Below are positions 1 to 10,415 of a stretch of 64,000 nucleotides of DNA, piece by piece. Source of the stretch: an uncultured delta proteobacterium (GTDB lineage Bacteria; Desulfobacterota; Desulfobacteria; Desulfobacterales; JAFDCJ01); assembly GCA_963769935.1 (NCBI GenBank), contig CAVYNY010000011.1, positions 384,001 through 448,000 of the forward strand, read 5' to 3'. Position 1 is the stretch's first letter, and each line of letters starts with the position of its first letter. Position numbers and translations under genes: made by a program. Below the pieces are notes generated by a model, which saw nothing but the letters and a program-made list of their open reading frames with translations, made no database searches and was not told where the DNA came from.

Positions 1-448
1 GGAAATAAAAAAACGCTATCCGAATACCAAGATTATTGCTCTGACCGTGCACAAAACAGAGGAATATATTCTGACAACCCTTCAAGCCGGAGCCGACGGA
101 TATGTCCTTAAAGACGCCACCCAGGACGAACTCGTCATGGCGATCAGGAACGTAATGGCGGGTAAATCTTATCTGAGCCCCGGTATTTCGGAAAAAGTGA
201 TCGAAGGCTACCTGGAGGGCAAAGAAAGCAACCGGTCATTATCAGCCTGGGAAACTCTCTCGCAGCGCGAGCGGGAGGTATTGAAGCTGATCGCCGAAGG
301 CTACAAGAACAGGGAAATTGCCGAGGATCTGTGCATCAGCTTAAAAACCGTGGAAAAACATCGAGCCAACCTGATGAAAAAGCTCGATCTCCACAACGCG
401 GCGGCATTGACGGTATATGCGGTGGAAAGAGGATTGGTTAACCAATAG
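1..448 (+). CDS. NarL/LuxR-family response regulator (5'-truncated by window edge)
   Basis: Frame is open from position 2 (EIKKRYPNTKIIALTVHK...). REC C-terminal part (GADGYVLK) and LuxR HTH (LSQREREVLKLIAEGYKNREIAEDLCISLKTVEKHRANLMKKL). Confidence 0.93.
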   Translation, partial: EIKKRYPNTKIIALTVHKTEEYILTTLQAGADGYVLKDATQDELVMAIRNVMAGKSYLSPGISEKVIEGYLEGKESNRSLSAWETLSQREREVLKLIAEGYKNREIAEDLCISLKTVEKHRANLMKKLDLHNAAALTVYAVERGLVNQ

Positions 449-597
449 AATTGAATATTGAAAATTGGTGGAATTCTGTCCTTTTAATTTTTTGCAAAGA
501 TCCGGTCTTCTTTCCCATTTGCCGTATTCAGTTTAGGCACTTAAAATTATCGATAGCATACCTTAAATATTCAATTTTCAATCGACAATATTCATTC
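449..597. repeat. Palindromic intergenic element, family A (TTGAATATTG...CAATATTCA)
   Basis: Arms ttgaatattgaaaattg and taaatattcaattttcaatcgacaatattca. The right arm is closely similar to the reverse complement of 12609-12660. Confidence 0.8.
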
Positions 598-599
598 CC

Positions 600-2216
600 C
601 TACACCTCCCACCTCAGCCGAACAGTCGTGCCCTTGCCGGCCGAGGAATCGATTGTGAATACCCCCCCTGACAGCTCGGCTCTCTCACGCATACTGGCCA
701 ATCCGAATCCCCGCCGGGAGGCCTTTAAGGATATCGCCTTTCTGAAATCGAAGCCCCGGCCGTTATCGTGCACTTTCAACTCGATCCTGCTGTTTTTTCT
801 CTTCAGCCCGAGTTGAACCGCGTCGGCCCGGCTGTGCTTGGCAATATTGTTCAGGGCTTCCTGCAAAATCCGGTAGATGACCGTTTTCAGCGGGGAGGGG
901 ATGTCTTTTTCCCGGATGTCGATATCTTTTTTTATTTCGATGTTCGCGTAGACTTTCTGGAATTCCCGGCAAAACCAGGTGATGGTGGCCAGAATCCCCA
1001 GATCATCGAGGATAGCGGGCCGCAGATCCTTTACGATTCTGCGCACTTCCTCAATTGTCTTTTGCGTCAGCGGGATGATGGCTTCCAGCGGCTTTAATTC
1101 CGAACGATTCGGACGATTGCGCAATTCTCTTAACGAATTTTCCACGCTGAATTTAATGGCACTCAACGCCTGGCCGATTCCATCGTGCAGTTCACGGGCG
1201 ATTCGTTTCCTTTCTTTTTCTTCCGTCGACAGCAGCTGGTTGGAAAGTATCCGCAGTTCCTTGTCTGATTCCCGCAGGGCGTCCTCAACCAGGCGGCGTT
1301 TGGTCATATCCTGCACGATTCCCGAAATGGCGGGGCCGTCTTTGTAATTAATCAAGGAGAGGCTTCGCAGGACCCAGATCACATCCCCATTTTTCTTCAA
1401 ACCCCGGATCTCGTACTCCGAGGGAACCTTTTCACCCTTCAGCCGTTTTTCCCGCAATTCGTCTACCAGCAGTCGATCTATCGGGTGAACGAGAATAGAG
1501 GAATCCAGGCCGATTAACGCTTCTTTTTTATAGCCGTATATCTCAGCGAATTTATCGTTGGCAAATTCGATTTTTCCGTCCTTTATGATATATACGCCGA
1601 CTAGAGCGTCTTCGACCAGCGTGCCGTATTTTTGTTCGGATTCGCGCAGCGCAGCTTCGGCATATTCACATTCGGCAATCTGCCGGCGCAATTTCCGGTT
1701 GGTTTTTTCGAGTTCAGCGGTGCGTTCGGCCACCCGCTCCGACAGTTCGCGGCGGACTTCAAGCAGCGCTTCTTCCGCCGCTTTGCGATGGGTAATTTCT
1801 TTGATTACCGATCGAAATTGATCCCGGTTTTTCGATGCTGCGCGCACCACCACACTTTCAAGCTGGACCCAGGGTAGAGGCTTTCTTTTTGAGACAAGTC
1901 TGACGTCGCAGGTCTGTTTTTGCCGAGTTTCAAAAAGCAGCCGGTGGTGGGAATCAAAAACCGGTTTCGAATCAGGGGTGATATAAGCCGAGAGGGGTTT
2001 ACCCAGTAGATTGTCCCGGTCCGTTCCCAGCAGCAGCGCGCCGGTGGAATTAACATCCAAAATGTTGCCGCCCCGATCGAAGGTAAAATAGCCGACCGGG
2101 GCAAAGTCAAAATAATCCGCGTATCGACGTTTAAGGTCCCGGGACTTCGGTTGATTTGCTTCGTCGCCTGAATTATTTTTATCTTCATGTGGTGGCGGCA
2201 ATTGGCTTACAGTCAT
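600..2216 (-). CDS. PAS-domain sensor histidine kinase (HisKA_3, NarX/UhpB type)
   Basis: Two PAS domains, H-box EEKERKRIARELHDGIGQ, ATPase motifs QEALNNIAKH/DNGRGF/GFGL. Start moved to ATG 2216, which has a GGAGGT RBS. Confidence 0.92.
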   Translation of the reverse strand: MTVSQLPPPHEDKNNSGDEANQPKSRDLKRRYADYFDFAPVGYFTFDRGGNILDVNSTGALLLGTDRDNLLGKPLSAYITPDSKPVFDSHHRLLFETRQKQTCDVRLVSKRKPLPWVQLESVVVRAASKNRDQFRSVIKEITHRKAAEEALLEVRRELSERVAERTAELEKTNRKLRRQIAECEYAEAALRESEQKYGTLVEDALVGVYIIKDGKIEFANDKFAEIYGYKKEALIGLDSSILVHPIDRLLVDELREKRLKGEKVPSEYEIRGLKKNGDVIWVLRSLSLINYKDGPAISGIVQDMTKRRLVEDALRESDKELRILSNQLLSTEEKERKRIARELHDGIGQALSAIKFSVENSLRELRNRPNRSELKPLEAIIPLTQKTIEEVRRIVKDLRPAILDDLGILATITWFCREFQKVYANIEIKKDIDIREKDIPSPLKTVIYRILQEALNNIAKHSRADAVQLGLKRKNSRIELKVHDNGRGFDFRKAISLKASRRGFGLASMRERAELSGGVFTIDSSAGKGTTVRLRWEV

Positions 2217-2441
2217 AAACACCTCCGGCGCGAACGTCCCCACCCGGTTGCAGGATGAATTAATCAGGGCAGCATCAAATGACTTATCTCATTTATTGTT
2301 TCAATTTTCAATAATTTGCAATATAAAATGTGATCGCGCAGAATTGTGCGGTGTCAATGGTCCGTTAATCTCCGTCCGCAGTTAAAAACGGATTTTTATC
2401 CCGCTCTGAATTCTATTCGCTGCGGGTGAATATTTTGATTA

Positions 2442-2960
2442 ATGATTAAAAAAAATGGCAAAAATATTGTACTCATTGGAATGCCGGGGGTGGGCAAGAG
2501 CACCGCGGGGGTCCTGCTGGCCAAGCGGGTTGGTTATTCCTTTCTGGATACGGATATTTATATCCAGACCCAGGAAGGCAAAAGCCTTCAGGCGCTGATC
2601 CGGCAGCATGGAACATCCGGTTTTTGCGATATCGAAGCGCGCTATATGACTTCGATCTCCGTGAAAGCGCATGTGCTTGCCACCGGCGGCAGTGTGATAT
2701 ACCGGCCCAAGGCCATGAAACATTTTAAAACCACCGGTGTCGTGATCCACCTTGATATCGAATTGGCCAGGCTAAAAAAAAGACTGGATGACCTAGACGG
2801 CCGGGGCGTCGTGATCGCCCCCGGCCTGACCCTTGATGAGCTTTACGCTGAGCGGCAACCGTTATACGCCAAATACGCCGATGTTACCATCAAGACCGAC
2901 GTCTTGAGCCCTGATCAAGTTGTGCGGGAATTGTCTGATATTCTAATTGGGGGCTACTGA
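2442..2960 (+). CDS. aroK: Shikimate kinase
   Basis: NIVLIGMPGVGKST P-loop, DTD, ATGGS, ERQPLY motifs. Confidence 0.9.
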   Translation: MIKKNGKNIVLIGMPGVGKSTAGVLLAKRVGYSFLDTDIYIQTQEGKSLQALIRQHGTSGFCDIEARYMTSISVKAHVLATGGSVIYRPKAMKHFKTTGVVIHLDIELARLKKRLDDLDGRGVVIAPGLTLDELYAERQPLYAKYADVTIKTDVLSPDQVVRELSDILIGGY

Positions 2961-2961
2961 C

Positions 2962-3513
2962 ATGATACACGCCAGCGGATATTCAAGCATCGTCATCACC
3001 ATATTAATCGGTATATTGGTGCTGACCTTCGGCCGCAAACTCTTCTGGCTGTTCGTCGGCTGTCTGGGCTTTGCAGTCGGCTTTAACTATGCACCCTACG
3101 TATGGCCGGTTCAATCAACTTTGTTCCTGCTGATACTGGCAACGATCACAGGCATCATCGGCGCCGTGCTGGCGCTTTTTTTCCAGAAGATCGCCATCGG
3201 ACTGGCCGGCTTTGCCGGCGGCGGCTACATTGCCTTGAACCTGCTGAATTTATTTGGAATCAGGCTGGAGCAAACAATCTGGCTGCCTTACCTGATCGGC
3301 GGCATCATCGGCGCGCTGCTGCTGTTTTGCATCTTTGACTGGGCCTTGATATTCGTTTCATCTCTGACCGGCGCTACGATGATTACGCAAGCAACAACGT
3401 TATCCCCGGGGGTGGAACTGATTTTGTATGTTGGTTTGGTGATTACAGGTGTCGTCATCCAAACCGCGCTGTACCGCAAAACCTCACCCCGTCAAGGGGA
3501 ATTTCATGGATAA
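2962..3513 (+). CDS. DUF4203-like polytopic membrane protein
   Basis: About 6-7 Gly-rich hydrophobic segments (FGRKLFWLFVGCLGF, SSLTGA). ATG lies directly after the aroK stop. Confidence 0.7.
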   Translation: MIHASGYSSIVITILIGILVLTFGRKLFWLFVGCLGFAVGFNYAPYVWPVQSTLFLLILATITGIIGAVLALFFQKIAIGLAGFAGGGYIALNLLNLFGIRLEQTIWLPYLIGGIIGALLLFCIFDWALIFVSSLTGATMITQATTLSPGVELILYVGLVITGVVIQTALYRKTSPRQGEFHG

Positions 3514-3526
3514 TCGGTTTCCTGCA

Positions 3527-4684
3527 TCAATCATCCGATAACGATGCGCGCTTAATGGCATCCTTGCCGAATTTTTTAGTGATGGTTTCCAGCGTGCGGT
3601 CCACCTTGCTCCAGCTCTTGTCGCCGGCGGTGTCTCTGTCAAAAAGATCCAGCTGTACCGGCAGACCGGCTGGTTTGAATCCCGAAGTGCCGACGCCGAT
3701 CAGTCTTATTTTCCCAGTCAACCGATAGTCCTCCAACAGACGGACAGCGTGCCGGTAAAGGGTTTTTGACGATTGGGTCGGGATGGCGATGGTTTTGCTG
3801 CGGGTTACCTGTTTAAAGTCGGCATGTTTCAGCTTGAGGGTGACGGTGCCGGCCTTAACGTTTGCCTTTCTGAGTTGGCGGGCGACTTCTTCAGCCTGTT
3901 TAAGAAGATGGTTTTTAAGAAGTTCTATATCATCGGTATCTTCGGCCAGGGTGCGTTCACTGCTGACAGACTTGGGAGACGCGTAAGGCGTCACTGTGGA
4001 ACTATCCCGACCGGACGAAAGTTCAAACAGGCGCGCCCCCAATTTGCCCAGCCGATCCAACAGCATTTTCTCAGGGAACTTTTGAATGTCGCCCAGGGTT
4101 TTAATGCCCAGCGACGCTAAATATGGCAGCGTTTTTTTGCCGATACCCGATACGGCGTGAACGGGAAGCGCTGCGATGAAAGACGGCATATCTTCCGGCC
4201 GGATAATGGTGAGCCCGTCCGGCTTGTTCATGTCCGAGGCCACTTTGGCCAGAAATTTGACGGGAGCCACCCCCACCGAGCAGGTCAGTCCCAGCTCATC
4301 TTTAATTTTCTTTTTGATGGCAAGGGCCATTTTCTCAGGATCACCGTGGAGCCGTTCGCACCCGGCAAGGTCCATGAAAGCCTCGTCGATGGAGACCGCC
4401 TCCACCCGGGGGGCAAACTCATTGAGGATGGTCATAACCTTTTGGGAAACTTCCCGGTAGCGATTCATCCTGGGCGGGATGAATATTCCCTGCGGGCATT
4501 TCTCACGCGCCTGAAATATCGGCATGGCCGAGTGCACACCGAACCTGCGGGCTTCATAACTTGCGGCGGAGACGACGCCGCGATTGGATGTTCCCCCCAC
4601 GATCACGCATTTACCTCTGAGCCAGGGGTTGTCCAACTGCTCAACGGAGGCGTAAAATGCATCCATGTCGATGTGTAAGATCAT
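3527..4684 (-). CDS. dinB: DNA polymerase IV
   Basis: HIDMDAFYASVEQ, SYEARRFGV, SIDEAF, AKVASDMNKPDG, C-terminal QLDLF clamp motif. Confidence 0.95.
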   Translation of the reverse strand: MILHIDMDAFYASVEQLDNPWLRGKCVIVGGTSNRGVVSAASYEARRFGVHSAMPIFQAREKCPQGIFIPPRMNRYREVSQKVMTILNEFAPRVEAVSIDEAFMDLAGCERLHGDPEKMALAIKKKIKDELGLTCSVGVAPVKFLAKVASDMNKPDGLTIIRPEDMPSFIAALPVHAVSGIGKKTLPYLASLGIKTLGDIQKFPEKMLLDRLGKLGARLFELSSGRDSSTVTPYASPKSVSSERTLAEDTDDIELLKNHLLKQAEEVARQLRKANVKAGTVTLKLKHADFKQVTRSKTIAIPTQSSKTLYRHAVRLLEDYRLTGKIRLIGVGTSGFKPAGLPVQLDLFDRDTAGDKSWSKVDRTLETITKKFGKDAIKRASLSDD

Positions 4685-4831
4685 AGAGTCGCGGTGCGCG
4701 CGTCACGGGTTGTGGGTTACAGGATACAAAGACCAAAGGTGTCCGGCGTCAGCCAATTTGCTGGCCGCGGAGCAGCCGGCCTGATAGAAGCGTAAACTCC
4801 TTTAGAACATAAAAATGATATTAAGCCTAAT

Positions 4832-5077
4832 TCAACACCCTATGCAACTGAGATCAATCTTGTCAATGACCACCCTGATTTTTGGCCGAAAAGCTCGGGC
4901 AACCCTCGCGATGTCTCCGACATAGGTGCCGGTTTCAGGACTGGTATGGAGCAGCTGCATCACCTCCTGTTCTTCAACATCCTTTCCCCAGTAGCTCAGA
5001 ACGGCCTGGAGGGCTGATGCGCCGCAGGAGTACACGGTGCTCTGGCGGGTACTGGTAAGCAACGGAAATCTCTTCAT
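4832..5077 (-). pseudogene. Truncated C39-family peptidase-like fragment
   Basis: RQSTVYSCGASALQAVLSYWG (Q-x5-CG motif) with a GGGAGG RBS. Resemblance ends after ~63 aa, before the catalytic His. Confidence 0.6.
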
Positions 5078-5120
5078 GGATAATAATACCTCCCTTGCAA
5101 AGAGTTGCGATAGTATTGAA

Positions 5121-6230
5121 CTACTTAACCTGAATATAAGCGGCCAGGAACCGGAATACGGACCAGATATCGTCGACTTTGATCCATTCGTCGGTCGTGT
5201 GCGCGTCCCGGTACCCGATCGAAATTTCGACCGCTTTAATCTGTTTCTCCGCCCACACGTTGGCGTCGCTCGCGCCGCACGATTCCTCCCAGGCGACCGT
5301 CCAGCCGTGCGCGGTCATCGCCGCTTTTAATTCTTTGATGAGCGGGTCCTTCTTGTCGTAGCGGTAGCCGCGGCAGGCAAGCGTGCTGCTGAAGGAGAGC
5401 TTTGCCCCGCGCCGCCGCCGCACTGCCCGCTTAAACGCGCGGTTGATGATTTCGATCTGGGCCAGAGCGCTCTTCTGGGAATGGCTGCGCGTTTCAGCGT
5501 GCATCACCGCCTCGGCCGGGATGCTGTTGCTGGCTGAACCGGCGGCCAGGGTGCCGATGTTGGCGGTGGTCTGGCGGTCGATCCGACCGAGCTTCAGTTC
5601 GCTGATCGCATCGGCCGCGATGGCGAGCGCGTTGATCCCCTTCTGCGGCTCGACCCCGGCATGCGCCGCCCGCCCTTTAACCTGGATATCGATATTGTAA
5701 ATATACGGCGCGGCGATCGTGATCCGGCCGGGATCGTCGGACCCGTCCAGGATGAAGCCCTCGCGCGCCCGAATCCGGCTCCAGTCCAGATTGTGCACCC
5801 CGTCGAGGTCCGTCTCTTCCTGGCGCGTGAAGACGAGTTCAAGCGGCCGGATGCGCCAGCCCTGGCCAACGGCTTCTTGCGCGACGGCGATCGCAGCCGC
5901 CAAGCCGGCTTTGTCGTCGGCGCCGAGGATGGTCCGCCCGTCCGAACGGACCACGCCGTTGCGGACCACCGGTTTCACCGCCCGTCCCGGCTCGACTGTA
6001 TCGAGATGGGCCGAAAGCACCAGCGGCTTGCCTTCGCCTGCGACCTTGGCGATCACGTTGCCGTAAGCATCGCGACCGGCCCTGATCTTGTGGCGGGCAA
6101 AATGCTCGATGACATAGTCCCCGACCGACTTCTCTTCGCCGGACGGTGAGTCGATCCGGCACAGATTGACGAAGAGCTCCAGCAGTTCAGACTTTTTCAT
6201 AGTCAATTTAGGATCTGTGGGTGAGGTCAT
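5121..6230 (-). CDS. M20-family metallopeptidase (peptidase T-like)
   Basis: DSPSGEE, SAHLDTV, LGADDKAG, QEE, GRAAHAG, GASDAN, AHTTDE. Confidence 0.9.
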   Translation of the reverse strand: MTSPTDPKLTMKKSELLELFVNLCRIDSPSGEEKSVGDYVIEHFARHKIRAGRDAYGNVIAKVAGEGKPLVLSAHLDTVEPGRAVKPVVRNGVVRSDGRTILGADDKAGLAAAIAVAQEAVGQGWRIRPLELVFTRQEETDLDGVHNLDWSRIRAREGFILDGSDDPGRITIAAPYIYNIDIQVKGRAAHAGVEPQKGINALAIAADAISELKLGRIDRQTTANIGTLAAGSASNSIPAEAVMHAETRSHSQKSALAQIEIINRAFKRAVRRRRGAKLSFSSTLACRGYRYDKKDPLIKELKAAMTAHGWTVAWEESCGASDANVWAEKQIKAVEISIGYRDAHTTDEWIKVDDIWSVFRFLAAYIQVK

Positions 6231-6471
6231 AAGAACTCCCTTGTTCGCTGTGCTATATGGAACTCACCTCTAAATCCACCTGTGTTTCTGTTCCGATATG
6301 ATATGTGTTTTTATCGATTCCGTGAGGCAGGTCACATCCGAATCTCCTGATGGAACCATCCCATATATGAATTCAAGCGATTTCTCTCTATAAACGGGTA
6401 AGGTCAGAGCGTAATATGCAGAATATAGGAATTGTAAATAAAAAAGATATGGGACCTTGGTCCAATAGTAA

Positions 6472-6624
6472 GGGCTCACTCAAAAATAACTTCACATTTT
6501 ATACGCCGATGCATCTCCTGCGGCTGCGTTGCGAAAGCTCGGAATATCCAGATATTCCTGCGTTTTCACGCCTTGCCGCCAGAGCGCCTCAACTAAAACT
6601 GTGAATTAATTTCTTCGTGAACCC
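6472..6624. mobile_element. Non-autonomous MITE-like element
   Basis: Imperfect ~29-bp terminal inverted repeats (GGGCTCACTCAAAAATAACTTCACATTTT vs reverse complement GGGTTCACGAAGAAATTAATTCACAGTTTT). Flanked by TAA on both sides; internal hairpin GGAATATCCAGATATTCC. Confidence 0.7.
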
Positions 6625-6630
6625 TAAGGG

Positions 6631-6789
6631 TCAGGCAGCCGGGGATCGGATGCCGAGTTTTTCGGCAAAGCGGACCAGGTCCGCAAAGGACTGGGCGTGC
6701 ATCTTTTCCATCACACGCGCCCGGTGCACCTTGATGGTCTTCTCGCCAATCCCAAGTTCGAAGGCAACCTGCTTGTTCAGCATACCGCT
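6631..6789 (-). pseudogene. C-terminal HTH fragment of a FixJ-type response regulator
   Basis: Not in the ORF track. Reads SGMLNKQVAFELGIGEKTIKVHRARVMEKMHAQSFADLVRFAEKLGI; no receiver domain upstream. Confidence 0.8.
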
Positions 6790-6839
6790 CCAAAATCCAT
6801 TAGGTGCCGTCTTTACTGCGGTAACGATTTTCGAAATGG

Positions 6840-7040
6840 ATGACTTCCTGCTGCGAAAACGGGTGCCTTGGTTTCAAAGGAATGCAGGACCGGAACGTTC
6901 TTTGCATCCGGGGCGCTTTGAGACTGGGCCTAGACAACGCCGATGGAAAGCGCATAGATGAGCGGCATAAAGAAAAGGCAGGCGTAACGGAATGGTATCC
7001 ATCTGATTCGGCAAGCAGGCGTCATCACTGATTCCCGCAT
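6840..7040 (-). pseudogene. Possible N-terminal relic of a periplasmic-sensor kinase
   Basis: Signal-peptide-like stretch with an in-frame TAG (6930-6932), then AQSQSAPDAKNVPVLHSFE, resembling KNVLVLHS N-termini of substrate-binding-domain sensor kinases. Confidence 0.4.
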
Positions 7041-7253
7041 TAATGCAGAATACTTTGCAGCACAGGTTTTGCCCATGTGTCTCGTGCTCATAGCCACTGC
7101 GTATTGGCGAAATGCGTCTTTAGGCCAGCGGCTGATAAGATTACCTTGTAGCGGATAGACCTGAAAAAAGCAAGGCCGCGTTTATCATACGCCCGGTGCG
7201 CCAGGCGGGATGCGATTTAATTGTTTGCTTTAATCTGTATATCTGATATTTAA

Positions 7254-7295
7254 TACAAAACTGTATTTATTTTAATCGATTTCAACAAATTCGTA
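7254..7295. promoter_or_regulatory. TACA-N4-TGTA palindrome plus degenerate second copy, upstream of the NifA-like gene
   Basis: TACAaaacTGTA at 7254-7265 and AACAaattCGTA at 7284-7295. Same motif occurs at 15694 and 19185. Confidence 0.55.
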
Positions 7296-7331
7296 ATTTA
7301 TTACCTAAAATATTGGGACAAAATTTTATCC

Positions 7332-8855
7332 ATGGAACCGATTGAAGAAGTTACCCTGTTGTATGAAATCACTACGGCGCTCAATGAGCATCTGGATTTA
7401 AAAAAATCCCTTTACAAGGTGATGGACCTGTTGTCCAACTCTATGAATATGGTGCGGGGAACTATAACCATTTTAAACCCCTTGAGCAACGAGATCAACA
7501 TCGAGGTGGCCCACGGCCTGCCCCTGAATGCCATGGAAAGGGTAAAATACAAACTGGGGGAAGGGGTTACCGGGCGGGTGATTGAAACCGGCAAGGCGGT
7601 GGCCATACCCAAAATCAGCGAGGAACCTCTTTTCCTGGATCGCACCGGTTCGCGCCGGAAGAAAACGGGCCAGGAACTATCTTTTATCTGCGTGCCCGTC
7701 AAAAAGGGCAAACAGGTTATCGGCGCTTTAAGCGTCGATAAGCCCTTTGACAGTGCCTATCCCTTAAAAAGCGGGCAGAAGCTGCTATCCGTTATTGCCA
7801 CCATGCTCGCCAGCCATGTGATCAAGCTGGAAACAATCCGGATGGAAAAGGAGCGGCTGAAAGAGGAGAACCGGCGGCTGCAGAACGTGCTCAAAGACAA
7901 GTACAGCATCGGCAACATCATCGGCAACAGCAACAAAATGCGCGAAGTCTTTCAGATGGTCTCGCAGGTATCCCGAAGCAACGCCACGGTTTTGATCCGG
8001 GGCGAAAGCGGCACCGGCAAGGAACTGGTGGCCAACTCCATCCACTATAACAGCCACCGGGAGAAAAATCCGTTCGTCAAAGTAAACTGTGCCGCTTTGC
8101 CGACCACTCTGATCGAAAGCGAGCTTTTCGGCCATGAAAAAGGCGCTTTTACCGGCGCCATTAAACAGAAGATCGGCAAATTCGAATTGGCCCACAAGGG
8201 GACGATATTTCTGGATGAAATCGGATCCCTCGACCTGGAGGTTCAGGCCAATCTGCTGCGCATCCTGCAGGAAAAAGAATTCGAGCGGGTGGGAGGCCAT
8301 CGCACGATTAAAACCGATGTCAGGATTATTGCCGCCACCAATAAGAATCTGGAGCGCGCCGTGGAGGATGAAACCTTTCGGGGGGACCTTTATTACCGCT
8401 TGAATGTGTTTCCGATTTATCTGCCGCCGCTAAGGGAGCGCAAGACCGATATGCTGCTGTTGGCCGATTATTTTCTGGAGAAATATGCCGCGGAAAACGG
8501 CAAGGACATCAAGCGGCTGTCAACACCGGCCATCGATATGCTCATGGAATATCACTGGCCCGGCAATGTGCGGGAGCTGGAAAACTGCATCGAACGTGCC
8601 GTGCTGCTGTGCGAGGAGGGCGTCATTCACAGCTACCATCTGCCGCCGACCCTTCAGACCGGCCGGGAATCCGATACCGTGCCGTCCCTGTCGCTGGAGG
8701 ATGCCATCGCCAACCTGGAGCGGGAAATGATCATCGATGCCCTGAAAAATACCCGGGGCAATATCACGACTGCCGCCAAAATACTGCAGACCACGGTCAG
8801 AAAGTTTACGTACAAGGCACAGAGATATGGCGTGGACTATAAATACTACCGTTAA
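7332..8855 (+). CDS. NifA-type sigma54-dependent activator (GAF-AAA+-HTH)
   Basis: N-terminal GAF ([22 protein letters not shown]), [30 protein letters not shown], Fis-like HTH. Confidence 0.92.
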   Translation: MEPIEEVTLLYEITTALNEHLDLKKSLYKVMDLLSNSMNMVRGTITILNPLSNEINIEVAHGLPLNAMERVKYKLGEGVTGRVIETGKAVAIPKISEEPLFLDRTGSRRKKTGQELSFICVPVKKGKQVIGALSVDKPFDSAYPLKSGQKLLSVIATMLASHVIKLETIRMEKERLKEENRRLQNVLKDKYSIGNIIGNSNKMREVFQMVSQVSRSNATVLIRGESGTGKELVANSIHYNSHREKNPFVKVNCAALPTTLIESELFGHEKGAFTGAIKQKIGKFELAHKGTIFLDEIGSLDLEVQANLLRILQEKEFERVGGHRTIKTDVRIIAATNKNLERAVEDETFRGDLYYRLNVFPIYLPPLRERKTDMLLLADYFLEKYAAENGKDIKRLSTPAIDMLMEYHWPGNVRELENCIERAVLLCEEGVIHSYHLPPTLQTGRESDTVPSLSLEDAIANLEREMIIDALKNTRGNITTAAKILQTTVRKFTYKAQRYGVDYKYYR

Positions 8856-8940
8856 AACCGGTTTCTTAAATTCCTTGGGGTCTGATAATATTGAGAGCTT
8901 TTTTGATTTTCCGGTGGATTCGAGAAAAAGGGGGGGCCAA

Positions 8941-8970
8941 CAGCCGCCCGCCGAAAACGACGGGCGGCTG
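8941..8970. terminator. Hairpin between the convergent nifA-like and glnA genes
   Basis: Perfect 10-bp stem CAGCCGCCCG...CGGGCGGCTG, 14 nt past the glnA stop. Confidence 0.65.
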
Positions 8971-8984
8971 CTTGCGGGGCCGGG

Positions 8985-10397
8985 TTAAATGTCGTAGTAG
9001 AGATAGAACTCATGGGGATGGGGACGCAGCCGGACATCGTTGATTTCGTTTTCCGTCTTGTAGTCAATCCACATGTCGATGGCGTCCCTGGTGAAGACAT
9101 CGCCTTTCAGCAGATATTCCTGATCGGCCTTCAGAGCTGCCAGGGCTTCATCCAGCGACCCCGGCGCGGAAGGAATTTCGGCCAGCTCTTCCGGGGGCAG
9201 ATTGTAGATGTTTTTGTCCAGCGGATCCCCCGGATCGATTTTGTTCTGAATGCCGTCGATGACCGCCATCACCATAGCGGAAAAAGCCAGGTAACCGTTG
9301 CAGGAGGGATCGGGGGTTCTGAACTCGATCCGTTTGGCCTTGGGCGAAGTGGAGTACATCGGAATCCGGATAGCCGCGCTGCGGTTGCGGCTGGAATAGG
9401 CCAGGTTGACCGGCGCCTCGAAACCCGGCACCAGACGCTTGTAAGAGTTGGTGGTGGGGTTGCTAAAGGCGCACAGAGACTTGCAGTGCTTCAAAATACC
9501 GCCGATGGCATACAACGCCTCCTGGGAGACGCCGGCGTATTTGTCGCCGGCAAACAGCGGTTTGCCTTCTTTCCAGATGCTGATGTGGGTGTGCATGCCG
9601 CTGCCGTTATCTTCAAAGATCGGTTTGGGCATAAACGTAACCGTGTGGTTGTGGCGGTAGGCCACGTTTTTGAGCACGTATTTAAACCACATGAGCTGAT
9701 CGGCCATCTGCACCAGCGGTTTAAAGCGCATGTCGATTTCGGCCTGACCGGCCGTGGCGACTTCATGATGCTGGGCCTCGATTTCGATGCCCAGCTGCTC
9801 CAGGGTCAGAACCATCTCAGACCTCAAATCCTGAAACTTGTCCATGGGCGGGACCGGAAAATAGCCTTCTTTGGGCCGCGGCTTGTACCCCAGGTTGGGT
9901 CCCTCATCGCGACCGGTGTTCCAGGAGCCCTCGATGGAGTCGATCTCGTAGAATGCGCCGAAGCGATTGGATTCAAATCGGATATCGTCAAAGATAAAAA
10001 ACTCCGCTTCGGGACCGATGTATACCACATCCCCAATGCCGGTGTTTTTCAAATAGGCATCGGCTTTGCGAGCGATGTTCCGGGGATCGCGGCTATAGGC
10101 TTCGCGGGTGACCGGGTCAACGATATTGCAGATTAACACCAGGGTCGGTGTGGTATAAAAGGGATCCATTCTGGCGGAATCGGCGTCCGGGATAACCAGC
10201 ATGTCACTGGCATGAATCGGCTGCCAGCCGCGAATACTGGATCCGTCAAAGCCGAAGCCGTCTTCAAAGCTGGATTCTTCCAACTCCCTGATAGGTACGC
10301 TGAAGTGCTGCCAAAGCCCCGGATAATCCATAAACCGTAAATCGACCATTTTTGCGTCGTTTTCCTTTGCCATGTCCAATACTTCTTTGGGGGTCAT
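8985..10397 (-). CDS. glnA: Glutamine synthetase type I (adenylylatable)
   Basis: [54 protein letters not shown]; adenylylation Tyr in NIYNLP. Confidence 0.97.
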   Translation of the reverse strand: MTPKEVLDMAKENDAKMVDLRFMDYPGLWQHFSVPIRELEESSFEDGFGFDGSSIRGWQPIHASDMLVIPDADSARMDPFYTTPTLVLICNIVDPVTREAYSRDPRNIARKADAYLKNTGIGDVVYIGPEAEFFIFDDIRFESNRFGAFYEIDSIEGSWNTGRDEGPNLGYKPRPKEGYFPVPPMDKFQDLRSEMVLTLEQLGIEIEAQHHEVATAGQAEIDMRFKPLVQMADQLMWFKYVLKNVAYRHNHTVTFMPKPIFEDNGSGMHTHISIWKEGKPLFAGDKYAGVSQEALYAIGGILKHCKSLCAFSNPTTNSYKRLVPGFEAPVNLAYSSRNRSAAIRIPMYSTSPKAKRIEFRTPDPSCNGYLAFSAMVMAVIDGIQNKIDPGDPLDKNIYNLPPEELAEIPSAPGSLDEALAALKADQEYLLKGDVFTRDAIDMWIDYKTENEINDVRLRPHPHEFYLYYDI

Positions 10398-10415
10398 TTT
10401 TTTTCTCCTTTGATT

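Noticed and set aside
4685..4830. LexA/SOS box upstream of dinB
   Set aside because: No recognisable LexA palindrome of the types I know; the region is mostly repeat-like sequence.
6930..6932. In-frame TAG as possible pyrrolysine or readthrough
   Set aside because: The frame ends ~40 codons later in a clearly decayed region; a nonsense mutation is simpler.
7040..7090. GGGCAAAACC..GCAAAG on the minus strand resembling a c-di-GMP-I riboswitch
   Set aside because: The GAAA-tetraloop stem and second hairpin are not present with proper spacing.
7332..8855. Calling the activator nifA and inferring nitrogen fixation
   Set aside because: No nif genes in the window; domain architecture alone does not establish diazotrophy.
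9012..10136. Long antisense ORFs (374 aa opposite glnA; likewise 16209-17033, 33206-33970, 48692-49546, 55198-56022, 62704-63960)
   Set aside because: They lie opposite well-supported genes and have no recognisable motifs; expected shadow ORFs.
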